A DNA stretch of 64,000 nt from an uncultured Bdellovibrionales bacterium (GTDB taxonomy: Bacteria; Bdellovibrionota; Bdellovibrionia; Bdellovibrionales; UBA1609). The stretch covers positions 22,490-86,489 of the forward strand of contig CAILEP010000015.1 in the NCBI GenBank assembly GCA_903833275.1, read 5' to 3'. Positions 27,183 to 34,677 of the stretch are shown here, in pieces. The notes beneath the pieces are model-generated. The model searched no databases. It saw nothing but the letters and a program-made list of their open reading frames with translations, and was not told where the DNA came from. Positions within the stretch are counted from its first letter, which is position 1. Each line of letters starts with the position of its first letter. The position numbers and the translations under genes were made by a program.

Positions 27183-28292
27183 ATGAAGAATAATAAATCA
27201 TTTAGAAATATCTTTGCCGCTCTATTTTTATGTGTAGCGACCGCCGTTTTTGTATATGCACCGGTCGATGCGGCGCGAACGGCCGAGCTTTTTATTTGGC
27301 AAAACAGCGAGAGCTCTGCACGCCTGGTGCTTATGCGCACAGGCAAACAAACCTATGAAGAAGCCGCGCGCAAATATCTTAAGGCCTACAACGAAAAAAA
27401 AGACCTTCGAAAAATCGCTGAAGGCCCGTTAAAAATTAAAATCGATTCGGAAAGCTTTCATTCTTTGAGTTCAGAGAGCGCGACGAACAAGCCGCGCTTT
27501 ATCGTTATTGCCGCCGACCCTTATCAAGCCTCTGGGGCGGTCACGGCCAAAAATTGGTATCGTGGTCTTGATACGGCCGGTGCTGATGTTTTCGTGATGC
27601 CGACCGCCGCTGACATTGGCCTCTCGAAAAGTGACTCCAAAACCTATCAAGACCTTATCGCCGAAAACTTTGCCGGAATGCTTTTGCTAGGCGGCAACGA
27701 CATCGACCCCAGCCTGTACGGCGAGAAAAATACCGACTCTGAAGATTTGGCCCCAACTCGGGACGAATCAGAATATGAAATGCTTAAGGCCTATATGAAA
27801 GCTGAAAAGGGCTCGGTTTTTGGTATTTGCCGAGGCCAACAGCTAATCGCCGTGGCGAGCGGCTATAAGTTGATTCAAGATATTCGAAATGACCAGCCCG
27901 ACGTCACAATCAGACACCAAAGCCAAGAGCATCTCGTGCGATTGCTGCCTGTTGCCGGCTCACCCCTCACCCATGCTTTTGAAGATAAAGAGTATCTCAC
28001 CGTGGTTTCGATTCATCACCAAGCTGTCGATATCGACTCGAACAAATCGGGGCCATTAAAGGTTTTGGCTCGCTCCGTTGTTTCGCGAAAATCAGACGCA
28101 AACCCGGCCAAAGACAGCGAGGCTCAAATTGTTGAGGCGATCGCTCTTAAAAATGGTCGCGGTTTTGCCGTGCAGTTTCACCCCGAGATGGTTTACAAAA
28201 CTTTGCTTGGTAGAAAAATATTTTCTGAGATGGTGCGTGTTGCGCGCCTGAAGAGCAAAGTTCGAAAAAGCTGCCTCGCTGAGCTGAAATAG
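27183..28292 (+). CDS. exported peptidase-C26 / class-I glutamine amidotransferase (gamma-glutamyl hydrolase, PuuD-like)
   Basis: Signal peptide MKNNKSFRNIFAALFLCVATAVFVYAPVDA. Catalytic Cys in VFGICRGQQLIAV. His in AVQFHPE. An alternative ATG lies at 27168. Confidence 0.8.
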   Translation: MKNNKSFRNIFAALFLCVATAVFVYAPVDAARTAELFIWQNSESSARLVLMRTGKQTYEEAARKYLKAYNEKKDLRKIAEGPLKIKIDSESFHSLSSESATNKPRFIVIAADPYQASGAVTAKNWYRGLDTAGADVFVMPTAADIGLSKSDSKTYQDLIAENFAGMLLLGGNDIDPSLYGEKNTDSEDLAPTRDESEYEMLKAYMKAEKGSVFGICRGQQLIAVASGYKLIQDIRNDQPDVTIRHQSQEHLVRLLPVAGSPLTHAFEDKEYLTVVSIHHQAVDIDSNKSGPLKVLARSVVSRKSDANPAKDSEAQIVEAIALKNGRGFAVQFHPEMVYKTLLGRKIFSEMVRVARLKSKVRKSCLAELK

Positions 28293-28347
28293 TCAGCGCC
28301 GAGCCTACCCTTAGCCATCGCTTCTTTGTTTACAGTCGAAATCGAAA

Positions 28348-29432
28348 TTACTTTGCGTCGGCACTGCCAGCCGTTGGGGCCTCAACAAACGCTGGTTTCG
28401 CGGTGGCGGGTGGTGAGGTTGCGGCCTCGCCGACTACAGCGGCGTATCGCGGGTCAGAAATATTTTTGCAAACTGTGGCAATAACGGACACCGGTTTTTT
28501 GTCTGAAAGCGCCGTGCAGGATTGTACACCGATTAGTGTGTCTCGCCCGCCGTCTTGGCTGCTCAGCAAAAGTGCCGAACCCGAGTCGCCAGTGTTTGTT
28601 GTCACCGCACTCGCGCCGGTCGTTATACCTTTGAAAATAACTAGGCTTGAATCTCGCAATCGAGTTGGCGCTTCGGGGCCTTGAGCCACGACGACGGGCC
28701 CATGCAAACCGAAATCGTGATGCCCTGGCTCACCCGCCAACGGCTGTGTTTCAGAAGGGTTTTCTGAATGTGAAAAATGCGCTTTGAATAGTTTGCCGTC
28801 AATGGCGCGGGCATCAAGTTTTCGATTGAGCGCATCGCACTCTTCTTGATCTCGCGGCAAGCGTGGGCATCTTACATTGGGCAGTAACTTTACTGGTTCC
28901 TTCAGTTTCACTATCGCCATGTCTTCGTCGTTTACGGACATTAGCTTCGCCTGAAAATCTCTAAATTCTTTATACTCTTTCGAATTGGGGTCGCTGCGCT
29001 TTTTTGAGGCCAGTGGTTCATAGTGAAATATCTTTCGTTGATCTGCGGTTTCTACTTTCGGGCCAGTAAAAACGGCGCTCGCACCCATCGCGAGGTTGAC
29101 GTAGTTAGGCGACTTCTCATTACCAACAGAAATCCGTATCGTTTTGGTCTCGGTTAAATTTTTGGTGTCCTTGATTCTTCCGCTTGAACCATTTGTGATG
29201 TAGTCGAGGCAATGAGATGCCGTTACGAGAGTTTTTTCATCTATCATCATCCCTGAGCATTGGGCCCGGTCAAAATCTTTATTAATATCGTTGTCATTGG
29301 GGCGATCGCCCATATACAGCCGAACTGCACAAGAATTGGGATCTACAACCTCACCTTTTTTTAAAAGTAGGCGGCCTGACTAATCGAATTGGCAGCCAGA
29401 ACAGTCGTTATGATTAAAAACTTTTTGTTCAT
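28348..29432 (-). pseudogene. trypsin-like (S1) serine protease, with signal peptide and catalytic domain in different frames
   Basis: Catalytic ORF 28348..29313 has TASHC, DMAIVKL and GDSGSALL. It stays open upstream to 29379 without an ATG. A separate 23-codon ORF (29432..29364) encodes MNKKFLIITTVLAANSISQAAYF and stops in a T4A7 tract. Confidence 0.6.
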
Positions 29433-29693
29433 ATAAATATTATTTCTCGGGCCTTGCTGGGGGTCAAATCAAGGCGATTTCTCAGGCTTCATGGTTGGTA
29501 AAACTGGAATTTAGTCCACCCCACTCCCGCCCTATAAATTTGTTAAAACCGGTGACCAAAATGGGCACTGTCGAACAATTTACCGAACATATCGCGCCTA
29601 AATAGGCTCAAGACCCCCTCAATTCGAATTAAAAGCCCCCTTGCGGGTGGCACAAAACGTGAAATGGCTAAGCTCAGAACAGGAGTAATTTTT

Positions 29694-30293
29694 ATGAAGA
29701 ACAGCCTTAAATTATTTGCGATGCTCTCGGTTTTAACTGCGGCCCTTTGGGGATGCGGTAAAAGTGATAGCGGCGTAACAGGTGCAAATTGCGCAGCCCA
29801 AGGCTGTTACAATCAGTATGGCGGTTACGGCGGCTACCCAGGCGCCTACAACGGCGTAAGCCCTTCAGCTGTGGTACTTCAAGGTTTTATTAGCCCGGCC
29901 GGCAACAATGCCGCATGGGGTTCGTTTCTGCGCGGCAATCAACTTTGCAACACCATGTTCAACTCGTGCTCGGGCCTTGATGGCGGCGCAGGAGTTACTC
30001 TCATTGTGAATGATGCTAGTTTCTCGGGCCCTCGTGGTGCCTCGACAGGCAATTTGACTATCGAAGCCCAAGCCGGCCAGTTGCCATACAACGTTAATTT
30101 TCTAAAAACGGCTAATGGGTATTCGGCTGGATTGCAAACGGCTCCTTATATTCAGCTGAATTATCACAACACAAATGGCGGCTCGACTTACTTTTTGCAA
30201 GTCGTTGGAGCAGTGAGTGACTCGACGCAAACGGTGCAGTTACTAAATAACGGCGCGGTCGTTGCGCAAGGCACTTTGTCTCGTATACAATAA
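29694..30293 (+). CDS. hypothetical lipoprotein
   Basis: AGGAG lies 9 nt upstream of the ATG at 29694. Leader MKNSLKLFAMLSVLTAALWGC contains a lipobox. A Gly/Tyr-rich stretch follows. Confidence 0.6.
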   Translation: MKNSLKLFAMLSVLTAALWGCGKSDSGVTGANCAAQGCYNQYGGYGGYPGAYNGVSPSAVVLQGFISPAGNNAAWGSFLRGNQLCNTMFNSCSGLDGGAGVTLIVNDASFSGPRGASTGNLTIEAQAGQLPYNVNFLKTANGYSAGLQTAPYIQLNYHNTNGGSTYFLQVVGAVSDSTQTVQLLNNGAVVAQGTLSRIQ

Positions 30294-30300
30294 TCGCCAA

Positions 30301-30606
30301 ATGGCGCCTGATGACCTAAAAAAAAATAATCAAGAAAATGCACAAGCCCCTGCGAAAAAAACAGTGGCTTGCCCGACCTGCCGTAAGCCCGCCGAATATT
30401 CAGCGAGCAACATCTATCGCCCATTTTGTTCAAATCGCTGTCAGCTAATCGACTTGGGCGAGTGGGCCGAAGGCAAATATGCCATTGCGGCCGAGCCGGC
30501 GAGCGGCTCAAACGAAAGCCCTTCTGATTCTGAATCTGATGAAGCGTCGTCTGAAGTGTCAGACGAAACATCAGGCGAGATGTCAGACGAAACATCAGAC
30601 GAATAA
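30301..30606 (+). CDS. yacG: DNA gyrase inhibitor YacG with an acidic C-terminal extension
   Basis: CPTCRKP...YRPFCSNRCQLIDLGEWA is the YacG zinc-finger signature. The C-terminal ~45 aa are Ser/Asp/Glu-rich. Confidence 0.75.
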   Translation: MAPDDLKKNNQENAQAPAKKTVACPTCRKPAEYSASNIYRPFCSNRCQLIDLGEWAEGKYAIAAEPASGSNESPSDSESDEASSEVSDETSGEMSDETSDE

Positions 30607-30634
30607 CCGATGAAAAACCACCACGGAGTACACC

Positions 30635-31627
30635 TTGGCGCAATTTGACCCAAAGAATCTAAAAACCATCGGAGTGTATGCCAGCGGTGGCGACGCCCCC
30701 GGTATGAATGCCGCTATTCGCGCGGTCGTGCGAACTGCCATATCGCAGAATCTAAAAGTGGTCGGCATCGTTCAGGGCTACACCGGCTTTCTTGAAAAGA
30801 AATTTATACCGATGGATCTGCGCTCAGTGGCCAATATCGTACAACGCGGTGGCAGCATTTTGAAAGCCGGGCGCTGTGTTGATTTTCTACAAGCTGAGGT
30901 TCGAAAAACTGCAGTCGAAAATGTTCGCGCGGCGGGTATCGGCGGTTTGGTTTGCATCGGCGGCGACGGTTCGTTCACTGGCGCCAATCTGCTCTGGCAA
31001 GAGCACAAGATGCCGATCGTTGGCGTGCCCGGCACCATCGACAATGATATTTTTGGCACCGATCACACCATTGGCTTCGACACCGCGGTGAACACCGCCC
31101 TTGATGCCATCGATCGCATTCGCGACACGGCCGCGAGCCATGACCGTTTGTTTATCGTTGAAGTGATGGGTCGTGATTCTGGTTTTATCGCCGTAGCGGC
31201 CGGTCTTGCCGGCGGTGCCGAAGATATTTTTATACCCGAGCACCCGTTTCAAATTGAAAAGACTGTTGATTTAATTAAGCGCGGCGTGGCCCGGGGCAAG
31301 ATGTCATCTATTCTGGTCACTGCCGAAGGCCAGAAGCCGGGTCGGGCTTATGATTTGGCTGATTCGATTCGAAAACACTCCGGCTATTTGGCAACCGTTT
31401 GCATTTTGGGTCACATTCAACGTGGCGGGACACCGTCGGCATCCGATCGCTTGCTCGCCAGCCGAATCGGCTCGGGCGCTGTTGAGAAATTGATTCAAGG
31501 CCAGTGCGACATTATGGTCGGCACCTCGGGCGAAAATCTTGTTGCGGTTGAGCTCTCGCAATGCTTAAAACAGAAAAAACACGTCAATCGCAAGCTCATC
31601 GAGCTCGCGCAGATTCTGTCGAATTAA
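30635..31627 (+). CDS. pfkA: ATP-dependent 6-phosphofructokinase
   Basis: SGGDAPGMNAAIR, GGDGS, PGTIDND and VMGRDSG motifs. TTG start preceded by ACGGAG. Confidence 0.9.
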   Translation: MAQFDPKNLKTIGVYASGGDAPGMNAAIRAVVRTAISQNLKVVGIVQGYTGFLEKKFIPMDLRSVANIVQRGGSILKAGRCVDFLQAEVRKTAVENVRAAGIGGLVCIGGDGSFTGANLLWQEHKMPIVGVPGTIDNDIFGTDHTIGFDTAVNTALDAIDRIRDTAASHDRLFIVEVMGRDSGFIAVAAGLAGGAEDIFIPEHPFQIEKTVDLIKRGVARGKMSSILVTAEGQKPGRAYDLADSIRKHSGYLATVCILGHIQRGGTPSASDRLLASRIGSGAVEKLIQGQCDIMVGTSGENLVAVELSQCLKQKKHVNRKLIELAQILSN

Positions 31628-31699
31628 AAAGCAAAGGCGCATCGCTGCGCCCCTACCTTAGTGTATTGTAACTATTTCTACCCAAAAGTGCTTGGCACC

Positions 31700-32995
31700 T
31701 TATGATCTCTTCAGGTTAATAACCTCTTGAAGAAGTTCATCTGTCGTAGTGATGGTCTTTGCGTTCGCCTGAAAACCACGTTGGTTTTGAATCAGGTTCA
31801 CGAACTCAAGAGCCAAATCCACTGTTGATCGCTCAAGAGATTTCGCAAATAACTTACCGCGACCGCCCTTATTGGGTTTACCAATCGAAGGCGAACCTGA
31901 ATCTCGAGCTTCTTTCAATCGGTTGTTACCAACCTTGAATAAAGCTTCAGGGTTTTCAAATTTCGCCAAACCAATCTGCGCCAAATCTTGGGTCGTGCCG
32001 TTTGAATACAGAGCCGTCAAGTTGCCTTCATCGTTGAATGAAAGGTTGACGATTGTACCGGCGGCGGCACCATCTTGACTCCAGCTAATAAGATCTGATT
32101 CTTTACCGTACTGTTTCGTACCGTCAAGGCCGTCACCCTTATCTGTGGTGATCGAGTTACCGAACGAAACTTTAACTTGTTGGTTTTGTAATGCTCCACC
32201 TTTAAAGTTGAACGCTGATTTCGTCACCACCTGGGTGTCGAGTTTACCATCTACGGTAAAGCCAATGTTACCAGTCATAACTTCAGCAAGTTCGCCGGCT
32301 TTACCACCAGTGACTTCGTTACCGTCGGTCATGCCATGGTAGCTCCAAAGTCGATCGGCAGTTTTGTTGAAGAACATCGTCACAAGATGCTTGTTACCTT
32401 GTGAATCGTACATCTCAACGCCCGTCGAATAATCTGACGTGGCAAAGGGTTCTTTGGGGTTAAACGTTTTTAACTTGTCGAGACCGATACGTGAATCAAG
32501 GTTAAGATCAAGTTTGATATTCGCGGTGCCTTTGGCCGGGGTCAATGCACGCGGAAAGCGAATGTCGCCCATTTTGTTAATGATCGTACCTTTGTCATCA
32601 GCCTGAAAACCCTGAACGCGTTGGTTATCGTTTGAAACGAGATAACCTTCACGATCGAAGTGAAAAGAACCGTCACGACTGAAAGATTCGCCGTCTGTCC
32701 CTTTTAAAGTAAAATAACCGTCGCCTGAAATCGCGAGATCTGTCGCTTTCTCTGTGGCGTCAGTTGTACCTTGAATAAGGATCGGGTTTACGGCGCCGAT
32801 CTTTACCCCGCGACCGATCTGGTTACCACCCAAAATGCCTTTTAAGCTTTTCGAAATGATATCTTGAAACTCGGCTCGTGATGCTTTGAAACCTGTGGTA
32901 TTCGCGTTCGCGATGTTGTCACCGATAACGCCTAACGCTTCACCTTGTGCAGTTAAACCGGATACACCGGTATAAAGAGAGGATAACACTCCCAT
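31700..32995 (-). CDS. flgE: flagellar hook protein FlgE
   Basis: GGAGG lies 7 nt upstream of the ATG at 32995. N-terminus MGVLSSLYTGVSGL...IANANTTGFK. Conserved C-terminus ...MIQNQRGFQANAKTITTTDELLQEVINLKR. Confidence 0.9.
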   Translation of the reverse strand: MGVLSSLYTGVSGLTAQGEALGVIGDNIANANTTGFKASRAEFQDIISKSLKGILGGNQIGRGVKIGAVNPILIQGTTDATEKATDLAISGDGYFTLKGTDGESFSRDGSFHFDREGYLVSNDNQRVQGFQADDKGTIINKMGDIRFPRALTPAKGTANIKLDLNLDSRIGLDKLKTFNPKEPFATSDYSTGVEMYDSQGNKHLVTMFFNKTADRLWSYHGMTDGNEVTGGKAGELAEVMTGNIGFTVDGKLDTQVVTKSAFNFKGGALQNQQVKVSFGNSITTDKGDGLDGTKQYGKESDLISWSQDGAAAGTIVNLSFNDEGNLTALYSNGTTQDLAQIGLAKFENPEALFKVGNNRLKEARDSGSPSIGKPNKGGRGKLFAKSLERSTVDLALEFVNLIQNQRGFQANAKTITTTDELLQEVINLKRS

Positions 32996-33150
32996 GATAG
33001 ACCTCCATGTCTTCCGCCTCAATCAATCAGCGGTTTATGTAGGGCCCCCTCTACGAGGACCAGCCCTGTTTAGTTACTTTACTCTCGCAACATCACCATC
33101 CTAGCGATGCTACATTCTTGCCTTATACAATTCGTACCCTGACCTAATCT

Positions 33151-33588
33151 TTACGCGAACACCGTGCTATCGATATTCGTAAACACACTCTGCTTCAGCC
33201 CGGCTTTATCCATGACTGTTACAATCGTGTTGTTCTTCAAACTGACGATCAAAGCATTTTCGTCGCTGATGATCAGCGCTTCTTTGCCGCCTTTTTGATT
33301 GGCCTTACCCGCCGCCTGCTCGATCTTAGTGATCTGCTCAGGGGTGAAAAAGATGCCGCGCGAATTCATTCGCTCAAGCGCATGACTCGAAAACTTCAAA
33401 ATGGGCTTGTCGCCCTTGGCCTCTTCAGCCGCTTTTGTTTTGTCGAGCTCTTGCGTGAGGGCTGCCTTAAAATCCATTTGATCAGCCGCGCTCATGTTCT
33501 TCGTATCATTAGCCTTCTTGTCGTTACCGAGCGGGCCAACCGCTGCGATACTCGCACTAAGGGCCGGGCTAATTTTCATATCTGCCAT
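33151..33588 (-). CDS. flagellar operon protein (TIGR02530-like)
   Basis: Lies between flgD and flgE. The LKFSSHALERMNSRGI motif matches that small family. Confidence 0.55.
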   Translation of the reverse strand: MADMKISPALSASIAAVGPLGNDKKANDTKNMSAADQMDFKAALTQELDKTKAAEEAKGDKPILKFSSHALERMNSRGIFFTPEQITKIEQAAGKANQKGGKEALIISDENALIVSLKNNTIVTVMDKAGLKQSVFTNIDSTVFA

Positions 33589-33597
33589 TGCTCACCT

Positions 33598-34674
33598 CTA
33601 TCTCTTCAGTTTGGGCCCGGGTCTTCCTGGCTTCGAGGCTTCTGCTGGTGCACTTGCCTTGGTTTCAGGTTTTGACGGGCCCGACAAACGTTGACCTGCT
33701 TCTGTGTCGTTTGTTTGACTGGCTTTTGTTGCTTCTTTTTCTATCGTATTAATTAAATCTTGTGACATACCCACTGACTCGAGATTGCCACCCATAGCAG
33801 CCGGGTTCACAAGGTTATGCGCATCTTTACCCACAATCGACTGCGATTCGACTAGTTTGGCTTCTTGCTTGAGGTCGGTGCTGTCGAAAATTCTCTTCAC
33901 GTCTTTCAAGCGAATCGACTGCTTGCCGATCATGAGCACTGGGCCTTCTTGTGTGAAGTTAACGCCAGTGACTTTGCCCGCAAATCTTGTCTCAGCCGCA
34001 AGCTTTTGACCTGCGTTGTTTTTGGCTTCGATGTCGATATTGTACTCGCCCTCAGGCGCTGCTTTGCCGGCCTCGAGCATACCATCCCAAGCGACTTTGT
34101 TTGAACCGGCTTTAAGATTGCGCGCCACAAGTTTTCTAACCTCTTGGCCTGCCGCATTTTTAATCGAAAGCGACATTTCAGAAGCCGGGGCCGCAAGAGT
34201 GAACGTGATCTCATGTTTCGAAGTTTTATCAGACCGCAAAATTTTCGAAGAGTCGCCTGAAACACCACGACCAATAAGCGCCAACGCATCGTAACTCTTA
34301 TTAGGGTCTTGTTGCTTCGCCATGTTGGCGATACCCGTATCAATGTTGCTCAATTTCTCAAGCGAACTGAATTGGGCCAGCTGAGCCGCGAGCTCATGGT
34401 TCTGCATCGGGTTCGTGGGATCCTGGTTTTTTAGCTGCGCTAAAAACAATTTCAAAAAGGCATCTTTATCGAGGTCAGGGTTACCAACTCGACGTGTTTT
34501 TTGCGGATCAATATAGTTGGGGTCGGCGACTTTATTGAGGTACTCGCCAATATTCTCATCACCGAGCATCGACTCGCGCTCGCCCGCACTGAGTGTTTGC
34601 TTGCCATCTGGGCGAGCCGAACTCTGTTGGGCAGCTGGGGTAAAAGCCGGTGTCGAGCGTTTCACATTCATCAT
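33598..34674 (-). CDS. flgD: flagellar hook assembly (capping) protein FlgD
   Basis: DAFLKLFLAQLKNQDPTNPM motif, a FlgD Ig-like C-terminal part, and operon position. Confidence 0.85.
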   Translation of the reverse strand: MMNVKRSTPAFTPAAQQSSARPDGKQTLSAGERESMLGDENIGEYLNKVADPNYIDPQKTRRVGNPDLDKDAFLKLFLAQLKNQDPTNPMQNHELAAQLAQFSSLEKLSNIDTGIANMAKQQDPNKSYDALALIGRGVSGDSSKILRSDKTSKHEITFTLAAPASEMSLSIKNAAGQEVRKLVARNLKAGSNKVAWDGMLEAGKAAPEGEYNIDIEAKNNAGQKLAAETRFAGKVTGVNFTQEGPVLMIGKQSIRLKDVKRIFDSTDLKQEAKLVESQSIVGKDAHNLVNPAAMGGNLESVGMSQDLINTIEKEATKASQTNDTEAGQRLSGPSKPETKASAPAEASKPGRPGPKLKR

Positions 34675-34677
34675 ATT

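Noticed and set aside
29648-29663. TGGCAC upstream of the lipoprotein gene, considered as a sigma-54 promoter
   Set aside because: The -12 position reads GTGA instead of the near-invariant GC at the required spacing.
31636-31651. GGCGCA-tcgc-TGCGCC hairpin between convergent pfkA and flgE, considered as a bidirectional terminator
   Set aside because: Only a 6-bp stem with no T-run on either side. Too weak to call.
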